Positions 27,185-37,226 of a DNA stretch of 64,000 nucleotides are shown here, piece after piece. The stretch is from positions 1,256,319-1,320,318 of the forward strand of contig CAXXIH010000008.1 in assembly GCA_963663365.2 (NCBI GenBank). Direction: 5' to 3'. Both the position numbers and the translations under genes were made by a program. Below the pieces are notes generated by a model that saw only the letters and a program-made list of their open reading frames with translations, did no database searches and was not told the origin of the DNA. Position 1 is the stretch's first letter. Every line of letters starts with the position of its first letter. The DNA is from a bacterium (GTDB lineage Bacteria > Hinthialibacterota > Hinthialibacteria > Hinthialibacterales > G963663365).

Positions 27185-28999
27185 ATGCGCCGCAAACCTC
27201 ACGAACTTGAAGACGAAACGCTTGGGCGGATTTACGACGGAGCGCTTGTAAGACGGCTGCTCGGCTATCTCAACCCATACCGGAGGCTGGCGTATTGGGC
27301 ATTGGCATTGCAGATCGCCTTGGCGTTGTTCGATACGGGCGTGACCTATCTGCCCAAAATTATGATCGACACTTATATCGGCAGCGGCAATCTTAGCGGA
27401 TTACTCATGGCGGTGATTGTCTACATTGCTGCCCTGCTGGTGATTTTTATTCTGGAATACGGTCAGTTTTATTTGGTCAACCTTATGAGTCAGCGGGCCA
27501 TGCGGGATTTGCGCAACGAACTTTTTGTGCATCTCGAGACACGCTCATTAAGTTTCTTTAACCGCACACCCGTCGGAAGAATTCTAACCCGCATTACAAG
27601 TGACATTGAGGCGCTGGATGGACTCTTTTCAAATGGCGTCGTGAATATCATCGCGGATTTGCTGCGCGTTGTGGCCTTAGCCGGTATGCTCATGTGGTTG
27701 GATTTCAAACTGGCCTTTGTCACGTTCGCCGTTTTGCCACTGGTCGCTTTGGTTTCGATGCGTTTCAAGTTCAAAGTCCGTATCGCCTACCGTCAAGTCC
27801 GCCGCTGGATTTCGACTCTGAATGGATACATTCAAGAACACATCACCGGAATGTCCACGGTGCAGGCCTTCACAGGTGAAAGCAAAAGCGCGTCGGAATA
27901 CCGTGAATACAACCAGAACCATACCAACGCTCACATTGCCAGTATGCGCAATTATGCCGTCTTCTATCCCACCGTCGATTTCCTCGGTGTGGCAGGAGTC
28001 GCCGCGATTCTTTGGTTCGGAGCGCGCTGGCTGCATATCCCCGAAGATTCGAACGGTAGCGAGATTATCGGCACCCTCTTTGTCTTTGTTTTGGCTTCGC
28101 AAAAATTCTTCCAGCCAATCCGTGATCTGGCTGACAAGTTCAATATTCTGCAAGCGGCCATGGCGGCATCCGAACGTATTTTCGCGTTGCTGGATACCCA
28201 GGAAAAGATTCCTGAACCGGAGAATCCACACGCCCCCAAACAGTTCGAAGGGCGTGTCGAGTTTGAGGATGTGTGGTTTGCCTATAAAGAAGAAGAATGG
28301 GTTTTAAAAGGGATTTCCTTTACGGCGAAGCCCGGTCAACGCGTGGCCTTTGTGGGAGCCACCGGCGCGGGCAAAAGCACGATTATCAATTTGCTACTGC
28401 GCTTTTACGATCCGCAAAAAGGACGGATTCTCTTGGATGGTGTGGATATCCGGGAGATGGATTTATCGACATTGCGCGGGCATATCGGCTTGGTCTTGCA
28501 GGATGTTTTCTTATTTTCAGGCGATATTGCCTCCAATGTCCGGCTCGATAAGGAAGAGATCGATGACGAGGCAATCCGGCGGGCCTGTAAGTTGGTTTGC
28601 GCCGACCGGTTTATCGAGCGAATGCCGAATGGCTACTCTGAGGAAGTCAAAGAACGTGGAGCGACACTTTCAGTAGGCCAACGGCAGCTGCTCTCCTTTG
28701 CCCGGGCCTTGGCTTACAATCCCTCGCTTCTGGTTTTGGATGAGGCCACTTCCAGTATCGACACCGAAACCGAAGCGCTGATTGTGGAGGCGCTCGAACA
28801 CCTGATGGAGGGGAGAACCAGCCTGGTCGTGGCTCATCGGCTTTCGACCATTCAACATGCGGACCAAATCCTAGTCCTGCATCAGGGGCAAATTGCCGAA
28901 AGAGGAACTCATCAAGAGCTTTTGTCAAAAGGCGGCATTTATTTCCGGCTTTATCAGCTTCAATACAAAGAACAAGTTCCCACCGGCACAGAAGGCTGA
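27185..28999 (+). CDS. ABC transporter, fused permease/ATPase (MsbA/multidrug-exporter type)
   Basis: Six-TM N-terminal half. Walker A 'GATGAGKST', signature 'LSVGQRQLL', Walker B 'LLVLDEATS', H-loop 'VVAHRLST'. Confidence 0.92.
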   Translation: MRRKPHELEDETLGRIYDGALVRRLLGYLNPYRRLAYWALALQIALALFDTGVTYLPKIMIDTYIGSGNLSGLLMAVIVYIAALLVIFILEYGQFYLVNLMSQRAMRDLRNELFVHLETRSLSFFNRTPVGRILTRITSDIEALDGLFSNGVVNIIADLLRVVALAGMLMWLDFKLAFVTFAVLPLVALVSMRFKFKVRIAYRQVRRWISTLNGYIQEHITGMSTVQAFTGESKSASEYREYNQNHTNAHIASMRNYAVFYPTVDFLGVAGVAAILWFGARWLHIPEDSNGSEIIGTLFVFVLASQKFFQPIRDLADKFNILQAAMAASERIFALLDTQEKIPEPENPHAPKQFEGRVEFEDVWFAYKEEEWVLKGISFTAKPGQRVAFVGATGAGKSTIINLLLRFYDPQKGRILLDGVDIREMDLSTLRGHIGLVLQDVFLFSGDIASNVRLDKEEIDDEAIRRACKLVCADRFIERMPNGYSEEVKERGATLSVGQRQLLSFARALAYNPSLLVLDEATSSIDTETEALIVEALEHLMEGRTSLVVAHRLSTIQHADQILVLHQGQIAERGTHQELLSKGGIYFRLYQLQYKEQVPTGTEG

Positions 29000-29327
29000 G
29001 GCTGCGAACAGGGATTCTGCATCCTGTTTTTCCTCTTATAGAGACACATCAAATCTTAATTTCAGCCGACATCCCGCTTTTCGCACACTATACTCAAGAT
29101 TGAATGTCGTACGCCGACACTTAGTTGGTAGCGATTGTGAAGCCCCACCTCTTTAACTGAATCAGGTGGGCCTAGGACAGTTATTATGAAGTGCTAGGTT
29201 GAGGGACGGGCGCCGCCGTATTGATCACAAACGGCGCGCCCGTTCTTTGAATTACGAATCCATACTCCCACTTAAATCGATAAGGTCACAAAAAACGGCG
29301 TTATACAAACCGGACGTCACATCAGCA

Positions 29328-30299
29328 TCATTCGGCCCAATCAAAAACCACACCCAACATTTCGCCCGGGCTGTCATGCAACAACTTGTAAATTTTCGGG
29401 GCTTCGTCGATAGAGACTTCATGTGTGATGAGGGGCGCAATGCGTACAACATCCTTTTCCATCAAATGCAGCAGAATCCGTAAATCATTCAGGCTGTAAT
29501 GACAGGAGACCTCAATTGAGGCTTCACGGCCATGCAGCATCCCCCACATAAACGACACCTTGGGCCGCACAGCCATGCAGCCAATAATTCCACGGTGGGC
29601 CAACAGATCGTGATCGTGAATATCCATCAAAAGCGATTCCACGCCGCAACAATCGATGATGCAATCATAAGGCCCTTCATCTTTAAGACACTCAACACGT
29701 TTGCTTCGGACATTTTCGACACGATCCGCCCCGAGTTCTTGGGCGATTTGTAGGCGTTTATTGTTGATGTCGGTTACTGTGACCCGGGCGCCTACAGCGC
29801 GGGCGCATTGCGCCGAGAATTGGCCGATCAATCCCCCGCCTGCCACCCAAATATTCTGCCCGGCGCTTACCCGCAGACGGCGGATACCGCGCATGGCCAC
29901 ACCGGCTACTCCAAGCAACGCGCAGTGTTTGCGGTTTACGGTATCCGGAAGTTTGATAGTGAGATGAGAATCGTTGGAATCGTCGCATGCTCCATGCACG
30001 CTCTGGATGTTCCACCCCCGGTGACCAACATACCGCCCAAAATAAACCCAATCCCCCGCTTGAAAACCTTCGGCCTTTTCAGATGCGGCCTTTACAATCC
30101 CCACTTGCTGATAACCATGACGGCCCGGGAAAATTCCAAATCCGTGTTCAAAAAGCAACGCATGGCGTTCGGTGCCGTTGGTAATACCCGAGTATTGTGT
30201 CTCCATCAAGATATCGTACGGACCTAACTCGCCCGGCTCGCCGATATCGCAAAAGTGCATCTTCCCGACTTCGGGATATTCAATTCCTAGTGTGCGCAT
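29328..30299 (-). CDS. zinc-type medium-chain dehydrogenase/reductase (threonine/sorbitol dehydrogenase-like)
   Basis: Start chosen at the ATG at 30299, with GGAGGAG 8 nt upstream and 4 nt after the cupin stop. 'GITNGTERH' and the 'VAGGGLIGQF' Rossmann motif are present. Confidence 0.8.
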   Translation of the reverse strand: MRTLGIEYPEVGKMHFCDIGEPGELGPYDILMETQYSGITNGTERHALLFEHGFGIFPGRHGYQQVGIVKAASEKAEGFQAGDWVYFGRYVGHRGWNIQSVHGACDDSNDSHLTIKLPDTVNRKHCALLGVAGVAMRGIRRLRVSAGQNIWVAGGGLIGQFSAQCARAVGARVTVTDINNKRLQIAQELGADRVENVRSKRVECLKDEGPYDCIIDCCGVESLLMDIHDHDLLAHRGIIGCMAVRPKVSFMWGMLHGREASIEVSCHYSLNDLRILLHLMEKDVVRIAPLITHEVSIDEAPKIYKLLHDSPGEMLGVVFDWAE

Positions 30300-30303
30300 C
30301 CAA

Positions 30304-30660
30304 TTACTCCTCCGGGTAACGGTCAATCGGTTCCTTCGCAAGTTTCAATGTCGGCATATAGCGTTCTTTTTCCATATAGTAGTGACCCGGTTCATGCGAG
30401 CCTTCGGGAATCGTGCCCGGGAATGGGAAAATATCCACGCCTTCTTCGCCGGGATCGCAACCGTGTTCCACACCGGCTTCTACCATCCAAATATCGCCCG
30501 CTTCAAGTATAAAATCCGAGCGCGTACCGTCACGATCAATGCTATAGGCTTTACAACTTCCCTTGGTAATTACCCAGGTTTCGTCGTGATCGTGAAAATG
30601 TTTTTCGACAGGAGATTCTTTTGTGAAATGGAATGGTTGATATTTTTTATAAACCGGCAT
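30304..30660 (-). CDS. cupin domain protein
   Basis: 118 aa. 'H.HDHDETWVI..G' and 'GDIWMVEAGVEHG' are the two cupin motifs. Confidence 0.75.
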   Translation of the reverse strand: MPVYKKYQPFHFTKESPVEKHFHDHDETWVITKGSCKAYSIDRDGTRSDFILEAGDIWMVEAGVEHGCDPGEEGVDIFPFPGTIPEGSHEPGHYYMEKERYMPTLKLAKEPIDRYPEE

Positions 30661-30812
30661 TGGAGTTCCTCTCTCAGACCGCAGTCAAAACAAACTGGAT
30701 TGATTGCATCCGATTCTCCCACTACGGCAGTGCAAAGAAGAATGCATCTCCAAACATTCCCAGAGTAGCACCGATCTTTGACCACGAAAATAATGGGGCC
30801 AACAGCAACGTG

Positions 30813-31775
30813 TTAGAAATCCTTTTTCCAGCGTTTCAATAATTGCTCTTTGGTCGCTTGCATCCAATAAATACGGCCACGTATGGCGCGTTTGCCGTGG
30901 GCGGGAATGGGACCGATATTCACAATGGGATGCAAACAATCCGCCGGATGATGATCGGTGATATAGACCGTGCGCTCCCAATAGACCGCCGAAACCCATT
31001 GTCCCTCGATATCCGACCGCGTGGCCAAACCGCAGTCTGCAGGCTCCGAAAACTCAGTCGGGCCATAGGGATCGACACCTGTGATCTTTGAAAGGTCGCC
31101 ATTCGTGCGGGCCATATCCATCGCTACACCTTGCGGGGTGCGGCAACCTGAGTGAGTCCGCTTAGCGGGCAACGCTTCCCAATGGCCGTTACGAACAACA
31201 TACGCCAGGCTCGTGAGGGTCCCCCCCCGGGCTTCTTCTTCGGCCCACAAATCATACTCGCTAAATGCAGGCGTCTCGGCCACCTTGCGCCGCCATTCGC
31301 CATTGGTGCGCCCGCTCATACGAAAACACTGCTGCACGGCATAATACGTATTTAATCCATGATCGTACGTTTCAATCGTCCAAAGCAATTCAATCCCATC
31401 TTCACGGGGAACCATATAGAAAATCCATGTTTGCGGTACCCAGCCATCTTCTTCGATAGCGTATTCGAATTTGACCAAACCCGGCTGGCTTTGGAATTCC
31501 ATTTCCAATCGCTCAACATTGCGTGGATCGATCCGTGCCGATTTTGCATCAGCCGGGACTTCACCCCACACCAACGGAAGATGTTCAAAGAAACGGTACC
31601 CAATGCGGTTTCCGGCATGATGTGGATTTAGGAATGTGGCAAAAATCGGATTATCAAGCGGAAAACCGATGGTAACCGGCTCTTTAGGCGCATGAGATGT
31701 CATCGAAATACATCCGGCCAGTATCGCCATAATAGAAATAGATAAAACGAGAGTGGTAACTGTTACTATACGCAT
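30813..31775 (-). CDS. hypothetical lipoprotein
   Basis: Lipobox 'ILAGC'. 320 aa. No family recognised. Confidence 0.6.
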   Translation of the reverse strand: MRIVTVTTLVLSISIMAILAGCISMTSHAPKEPVTIGFPLDNPIFATFLNPHHAGNRIGYRFFEHLPLVWGEVPADAKSARIDPRNVERLEMEFQSQPGLVKFEYAIEEDGWVPQTWIFYMVPREDGIELLWTIETYDHGLNTYYAVQQCFRMSGRTNGEWRRKVAETPAFSEYDLWAEEEARGGTLTSLAYVVRNGHWEALPAKRTHSGCRTPQGVAMDMARTNGDLSKITGVDPYGPTEFSEPADCGLATRSDIEGQWVSAVYWERTVYITDHHPADCLHPIVNIGPIPAHGKRAIRGRIYWMQATKEQLLKRWKKDF

Positions 31776-31872
31776 GCCGCACCGCCTTAAAAAAATCTTC
31801 TCTGCGGCATTCTAAACGGATCGTCACGATTAATGTAGGTGACAAAAATGCACGATCGGCAAGGGCGGAAGT

Positions 31873-32646
31873 TCAGCCGCGCTGGCGATAGCGCCATAGC
31901 GGACTGCGCATCTTTTCTATGATTTCCGCGAGCCGTTCACGCGCCTGAAAATGATTCGCGTCCATTTCCAACGCACGTTCGTATTCTTGGCGGGCCAAAG
32001 ACAAATGACCGCCGGTTTCATGAATACGGCCCAAAAGATAATAAATTTCGGCGCTATTGGGATTTAATTCTTCTGCTTTTGCGAGTTCCCGCATCGCGCC
32101 TTCTTCGTAGCAGTGGTTGTAGTACATAAAAGCCAGCTGCGCATAGGTATTGCACATCTCTTCCACAATCTGCTCGGCAACGCTGTCTTCCGGCTGGTCG
32201 GCCAAAATGGCTTGATAAACCCGCAGCCCTTTGCGGTACTTCTCTTCATTGACCAGCTTACGGGCTTCATCGATTCCCTTTTGCCAACGTTCACGGCGGT
32301 GGCGCAAATTGATCTCTTCCATACGCCGGTTGGCTTCTTCATTTTTGGGATCTTGTTTCAGGACTTCAATATATTCGAGATAAGCATCCTCGTCTTTCCC
32401 GCGATCTTCTAAATGATTCCCACGGTCAAGGAGATACTGAACCTCGGTTTCGTGCGCAATTGCCAAAATGGTTTTGCGGTTGATGGTAATCTCATCCCCG
32501 GCCAGCGTTTTGAAGACAATGGCATCAGGAAGATTTGAAAGAATCTTGCCGTCCAGAACGCCATTCCGGACTTCAACTTCATCCGCCCAAATCCCGGGCG
32601 CCATCATTACTATGAGCATGAATGAGAATAGAGTCTGTCGAGCCAT
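31873..32646 (-). CDS. TPR repeat protein, secreted
   Basis: Start chosen at 32646 (MARQTLFSFMLIVMMAPGIWA signal peptide). The C-terminal half has TPR-like repeats (AEIYYLLGRIHETGGHLSLARQEYERALEMD). Confidence 0.7.
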   Translation of the reverse strand: MARQTLFSFMLIVMMAPGIWADEVEVRNGVLDGKILSNLPDAIVFKTLAGDEITINRKTILAIAHETEVQYLLDRGNHLEDRGKDEDAYLEYIEVLKQDPKNEEANRRMEEINLRHRRERWQKGIDEARKLVNEEKYRKGLRVYQAILADQPEDSVAEQIVEEMCNTYAQLAFMYYNHCYEEGAMRELAKAEELNPNSAEIYYLLGRIHETGGHLSLARQEYERALEMDANHFQARERLAEIIEKMRSPLWRYRQRG

Positions 32647-32797
32647 GGTCCAACCTTTCAACGCCGGGTTACCGCCTGATACAAATTCGCAGACACGCCC
32701 AGGCCCACGAGCCATCGCCCAATTATAAACAAGCACAAGCCGAGCGTCAAAGTCCCCCCACCGTAATATTGGCCTTAACTTCTTGATTCCAATAACT

Positions 32798-34174
32798 TTA
32801 TAGTTGGCGCAGGTTTTCCTGGGAGGCCTCTTCATACCACCAGCGGACAAAGTTTTCACCGCAATCCACAGCGTAATTCATGCCGCGGTCCTCCGGGTAA
32901 ATTTGAGCCATGGAAGAAAGAAACAGCCCCGGTATCTCTGTCTCGAATGGAGGCAGGATGCGGCTGTAATTGCAGCGCACAACAGGTTGCGTATAAGCCG
33001 CCTTCCAGCGCCAACCCGGCACTTTGTCGTCCAAACACGCCTTGGGAAACATGCGCAAAAATTCTTTCGTGAAATACGGCACGAGTTCATTGGCCGGCAT
33101 GGAGTAAAGCGGATCGCTGGTGGAGAGATAGCGCGATAAATAGACAGGGTGATAAGGATCATACGCCGGATCGTCGATCATACGTCTTTGATTGATAACC
33201 GCCACAAACGGAAACGAAGGATCGTTGACATTAATCCAGTAATCGGAATCGAGCGGCTCACGTAACGGAAGCACCACAACAATGCTGCCCTGATAGTCGA
33301 ATTGATTGAGACGGCTTCGCGCTCCATCATCAAACGCCGGACACAGCGATGCCAACACCGGTGGAGCGGCACTGCATACGACCGCATCGGCGGAAAAAGT
33401 ATTTTCGGGACAAATCAATTCAAATCCGCCGCCGGGTTGCGGCTCGATGCGTTGGACGGGCATTTTGGTAAGAATGACACCGGTGTTTTCTTCGATTGTG
33501 GCTGCGACGCGCTCGAAAAGTTGTGCAAATCCACCCCATAGATAGCCAAGTTTTTCCTTTGATCCGGATTCATCCCGCGTCCCCCCGCGTAGTTGGATTT
33601 TGCCCCAAAACCACGCTGCGGAAACATCCGCGTAGTCCTCGCCAAACTTGCTGCGTAGCAACGGCTCCCAAATAACCCGGTAGGCCGGTTCACCCATGGT
33701 GCGGATGATGTAATCCTCGGCACGGTATTGCTCGAGTTTGCGCCAGTCTTTTTCAAATTTCATGCGCAAAAAACCCAATCCGAACCGGAACCGTCCCCAC
33801 AATGAAAGTGGCGCAAAGCCTAAAAGATGCTGAGGCTTTGAAAAAGGATAAACTTTGCCGCTGTGATAAACACCCACGCTCGATTCCAGCCACCGAAGTT
33901 GATCCCCAAATCCCATTTCATCGATCAAACCGAGTATGGCCCGGTCAGATGTAAAAAGATGCCGGTAAAATCGATCCAACACTGTCGAACCGAATTTAAA
34001 TCCACCCGCCAGCCCGGACACTTCAGGCCCGCTCTCTAGTACCAAAACATCATGGCCGCGCTGTTGCAAACGATAGGCGATAGCCAGTCCTCCGGCTCCG
34101 GCTCCAATCACGGCAACGCGTTTGGCCTCAGCGGGACTGACATGGGGGGGATCTGTAAAAGTCGAGATATGCAT
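32798..34174 (-). CDS. NAD(P)/FAD-dependent oxidoreductase (phytoene-desaturase/amine-oxidase-like)
   Basis: 'VAVIGAGAGGLAIAYRLQQRGHDVLVLE....GG' dinucleotide-binding motif. 458 aa. Confidence 0.85.
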   Translation of the reverse strand: MHISTFTDPPHVSPAEAKRVAVIGAGAGGLAIAYRLQQRGHDVLVLESGPEVSGLAGGFKFGSTVLDRFYRHLFTSDRAILGLIDEMGFGDQLRWLESSVGVYHSGKVYPFSKPQHLLGFAPLSLWGRFRFGLGFLRMKFEKDWRKLEQYRAEDYIIRTMGEPAYRVIWEPLLRSKFGEDYADVSAAWFWGKIQLRGGTRDESGSKEKLGYLWGGFAQLFERVAATIEENTGVILTKMPVQRIEPQPGGGFELICPENTFSADAVVCSAAPPVLASLCPAFDDGARSRLNQFDYQGSIVVVLPLREPLDSDYWINVNDPSFPFVAVINQRRMIDDPAYDPYHPVYLSRYLSTSDPLYSMPANELVPYFTKEFLRMFPKACLDDKVPGWRWKAAYTQPVVRCNYSRILPPFETEIPGLFLSSMAQIYPEDRGMNYAVDCGENFVRWWYEEASQENLRQL

Positions 34175-34391
34175 GAGTTAGTAACCTGATATCTGTAGGC
34201 CGGAATGGCAAATATCCTCAGTACCATTGTTGCGGCCGGGGGTGTAACCATGAAAAGGCTATTGGATAAACCTAACATGGCAACGCCGGTAAGCCGCTCG
34301 TTACGATATGCAGATGAGATCGTTTCTGTAAGAGTTTCAGGCCCGCCGAGCCTGTGCTACCGTGCAGTGCCGCAAAACACTAGGATAGAGA

Positions 34392-35096
34392 ATGACACTT
34401 ATGCGTACGACCAGGCTTTTCAAAGAACAACTCTCACGGATACCCGGATACCTCCATTCGACCTTCCGGGGAACAGCAAGGACAGGATCCGGACTCCGCG
34501 CAAGTGTCTGTGTGAGTACGGCATTACTGACAGCCATGGTATTGTTTGGCGCTTGCCAAACCGCTCAAGATACGGAGACCTCCGTTGCCAAAGCCAACCG
34601 TCTGTGGGAGGACGGAAAACGCGAACAGAGTTTGAAACATCTGGACCAGGCTATCGAGAAGAACAAAAAATCCGCAGAACTGCGCGTAGCCAAAATGCAG
34701 TATTTGATCGAAGACCGCCAATATGATGAGGCGCTAATCGAAACGCGCGAATCCATCCGGCTGATTCCTGAAAGTCCCGAACTTTATCAAGTGCTCGGAA
34801 AACTCTATCGAACAATCGGCGACGATACAAAAGCTCATAACGCATACCGGCAAGCGGCACGATTATATAGCAATGAAATCCGCAAACGGCCTTGGGATGA
34901 AAAACCGATTATCGGCCGGGCTTATACCTATTATTATATGGGACAAATCAACGCCGCCCGCCGCGACTGCGAACAGGCCCGGCGTATTACAGTCCGCGAG
35001 AATCTTCTTTTGGAATTAATCGAGGATATTGAACGTGTCCAACGCGGCGAAGAAGCGTTTATCACCGACAACCTCGACCGCGACCGGGATTTGTAG
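34392..35096 (+). CDS. TPR repeat lipoprotein
   Basis: Lipobox 'LFGAC' followed by TPR-like repeats. This frame is preferred over the overlapping 34205-34726 frame. Confidence 0.7.
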   Translation: MTLMRTTRLFKEQLSRIPGYLHSTFRGTARTGSGLRASVCVSTALLTAMVLFGACQTAQDTETSVAKANRLWEDGKREQSLKHLDQAIEKNKKSAELRVAKMQYLIEDRQYDEALIETRESIRLIPESPELYQVLGKLYRTIGDDTKAHNAYRQAARLYSNEIRKRPWDEKPIIGRAYTYYYMGQINAARRDCEQARRITVRENLLLELIEDIERVQRGEEAFITDNLDRDRDL

Positions 35097-35396
35097 AGGG
35101 GGGCTCCTCAATGTCGAACGTCCGACATCGCTCATAAGCCTATAGCAATTAGGTGGTTGGAGCGAAAAACAGGATGTAGATTGCCTTAGGGATCCTGATT
35201 TCTAAGACATTTAGAAGCGGAGCAAGTACGGTACGTGTGCAGTGTTAGAACATCTCTCGTAAGTTTTTTTATTTTAAAATCCCACCCCGGCCTTCCCAGT
35301 AAACGGGAAGAGGGAAGTTGAAAAGCATGTGGCAAGCACATCGCCCATTTATTCGGTAATCACAAAGGGGTGAATGCGAACAGGACCGAACGAAAA

Positions 35397-35535
35397 GAAT
35401 TTTTGAGACAATTTGGAGTCGAAAGCAAGAAGGCGTATCCGGAGCGGGTAGTGGACCGTTCATAAAATATTACACAAGTCGAGGTTTTAGGGCGATATTC
35501 CCGAAGCAGCATATACCGGAGGACGGGTGGGATGG
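35397..35535 (+). repeat. copy 2 of the DUF3109-tail-derived segment (gene-less relic)
   Basis: 35397-35465 reads EFLRQFGVESKKAYPERVVDRS-TAA. The DUF3109-like C-terminus is KFLKQLEAEGKKAYPAGTVDRS-TAA. The following ~70 nt also align with 12370-12290 (-). Confidence 0.7.
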
Positions 35536-35584
35536 TTCGCAAGGGATCCGAAAATAACGGCATGTAGTAAAAAGGAGATTCTGG

Positions 35585-36601
35585 ATGCATCTGAAAAGTA
35601 GCGCACCATTGTTGACCCGTGGATTTTTCTCATTATCGATTTTAATGATGAGTGTCATGTTGTCATGGTCCAATGATTCCGGCGATGAGAATTACGAGCA
35701 AATTAAAGCACTAAACCATACGATTTTAGTCCGCGAAAGTGACCAGGAGCCGATAACCGGCATCAACGTTACTCAAATGTTGCAGCCGATCTTGCCTATC
35801 ATCAATGAACTCGAGGACAATGGGCTTCATTTGTTCGGGAATATAGGAAAGTGGAATTTTTCCACTTATCTTCCGAAATTCAATGGAGATTATGTCAAAT
35901 ATAAAGAGGAAACTGCAAAAGTTAAGTTTGTTAAGAATATCGATGTGCAGGTGGGAGTTTATAAGGACCATAAGACTGCGCTGGAGGCCGCAAATATTTC
36001 GCTACGTAGCTGCTTAGTATTTCCTCAAAAAGTAGTCCAATCTGCCGACGATCCCGGTTATGTAGGTTGGAACTACGGGAGTGGTTGTGAGCGCTTCAAG
36101 GCTTTTGTGAGAGATAATGTGTTAATTTTTGTTGTGATGCGACCAACAGAAGAATATTCAGCAGATAAAGTAGCGCAATTAATCGATAAAGTTTTGCTGG
36201 AACGTGACAAAGGAGTGTCGAGCGGCGCTGAAGTCCCGGAACTTGTAATCTCCGATACATCCGATGCCAAAATTCCGGAAGTTGCCTTTATTGGAAACAA
36301 ACATAAATTCCCGGCTGCACTACAACTCCGTAAATCGCAAAGTGTGAAAGTAAAAGATGTGGACTTTAATGCAAAACCTTTGGATGGAACCGATCCAGAA
36401 GCATTGATGGAGCATCAGGATTTTAGCGTTTTGGAGATTCCTAATTTGGGATGGGATTGGACGGGTGATGGAACTGTATATGTGACAATGAAAGCAAAAC
36501 GGAAGCAAAGACTTGAATTGTATGCGATTGCCATCGATGAGAATTGTGTGGTTTCCAATTTCTGGTCTAAGAAAGTAACTTTCATCCCATCCGGGGAATG
36601 A
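35585..36601 (+). CDS. hypothetical secreted protein (orphan)
   Basis: 338 aa, AT-rich. AAAGGAG lies upstream of the ATG. Signal-like N-terminus (FFSLSILMMSVMLSWS). No family recognised. Confidence 0.6.
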   Translation: MHLKSSAPLLTRGFFSLSILMMSVMLSWSNDSGDENYEQIKALNHTILVRESDQEPITGINVTQMLQPILPIINELEDNGLHLFGNIGKWNFSTYLPKFNGDYVKYKEETAKVKFVKNIDVQVGVYKDHKTALEAANISLRSCLVFPQKVVQSADDPGYVGWNYGSGCERFKAFVRDNVLIFVVMRPTEEYSADKVAQLIDKVLLERDKGVSSGAEVPELVISDTSDAKIPEVAFIGNKHKFPAALQLRKSQSVKVKDVDFNAKPLDGTDPEALMEHQDFSVLEIPNLGWDWTGDGTVYVTMKAKRKQRLELYAIAIDENCVVSNFWSKKVTFIPSGE

Positions 36602-36646
36602 AACAGAAACATGCGTAGATTGAATATTAAATGCGGTCCCTTTATA

Positions 36647-36723
36647 AAGCGCTGAAAGTGCGCAAGCGGGAGGGCGACGCTCCTGCGGAGCCGCCTTCCT
36701 GCAATGGCGACATGTGTATCTCC
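36647..36723 (+). repeat. repeat modules B-core (inverted) plus A, copy 3
   Basis: AAGCGCTGAAAGTGCGCAAG is fused to GCGGGAGGGCGACGCTCCTGCGGAGCCGCC ... CATGTGTATCTCC. Confidence 0.8.
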
Positions 36724-36874
36724 AAACTCTCGGGCTTTCTCAAACATGCACACCATGCCCTGAAAGAGCACGAGCCTTTAGCCCAGGGCAAGCGTGGCGT
36801 AGCGCTGGATCATAAACCTAAAAACATCCGGCCCTGTAAGGACCGAAGATGGGAAAAATGAAACAAAAAGATTC

Positions 36875-36943
36875 CTTGCGCGCTTTCAGCGCTTATGATT
36901 TGTGGGGGATCGTTACCCGGGGCGACGCTCCGCTCGCCCCGGG
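36875..36943 (+). repeat. repeat module B copy plus perfect 10-bp-arm palindrome
   Basis: CTTGCGCGCTTTCAGCGCTTATGATTTGTGGGGGATCGTTACCCGG, then CCCGGGGCGA-CGCTCCGC-TCGCCCCGGG (36916-36943). Confidence 0.75.
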
Positions 36944-36972
36944 CTATTATCTTGTCGCACCTTCGGTGCTTG

Positions 36973-37150
36973 GTGTGTGACATTGAGAGAGTTGGTGGAT
37001 AGGGAGATGCATATGTATGTATGGCAGAAAGGCGGCTCATCAGGAGATTCGCCCTCCCGCTTAGTGTGTCATTGAGAGAGTTGGTAGATAGAGAGATACA
37101 GATGCACTTATTGCATAACGGCGGCTCGGCGGGAGCCTCGCCCTCCCCCG
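36973..37150 (-). repeat. two tandem ~90-bp units, each containing an inverted module A
   Basis: The unit starts GTGTGTGACATTGAGAGAGTTGGTGGATAG (36973) and GTGTGTCATTGAGAGAGTTGGTAGATAG (37064). TCGCCCTCCC occurs at 37049 and 37138. Confidence 0.85.
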
Positions 37151-37205
37151 GTACATTTGTATATGGTGGATGGCTCAAAATGTATGTGGTTTGCGTTTCC
37201 CGCTC

Positions 37206-37226
37206 CCACCTCTTGCGCCTTGCGGC
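37206..37226. repeat. 21-nt GNRA-hairpin repeat (inverted copy of 10791-10811)
   Basis: CCACCTCTTGCGCCTTGCGGC is the exact reverse complement of 10791-10811. Confidence 0.8.

Noticed and set aside
34205-34726. 173-aa ORF overlapping the start of the TPR lipoprotein gene in another frame.
   Set aside because: Its sequence is Arg/Ser/Pro-rich and featureless. The 34392-35096 frame gives a lipobox and TPR repeats, so that frame was preferred.
36973-37150. Tandem ~90-bp direct repeats, considered as a possible CRISPR array or minisatellite-encoded peptide repeat.
   Set aside because: There are only two full units. The units are directly adjacent with no unique spacers, are far longer than CRISPR repeats, and no cas genes are in the window. 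They consist of the same hairpin modules dispersed elsewhere, so I report them as interspersed/tandem repeats.
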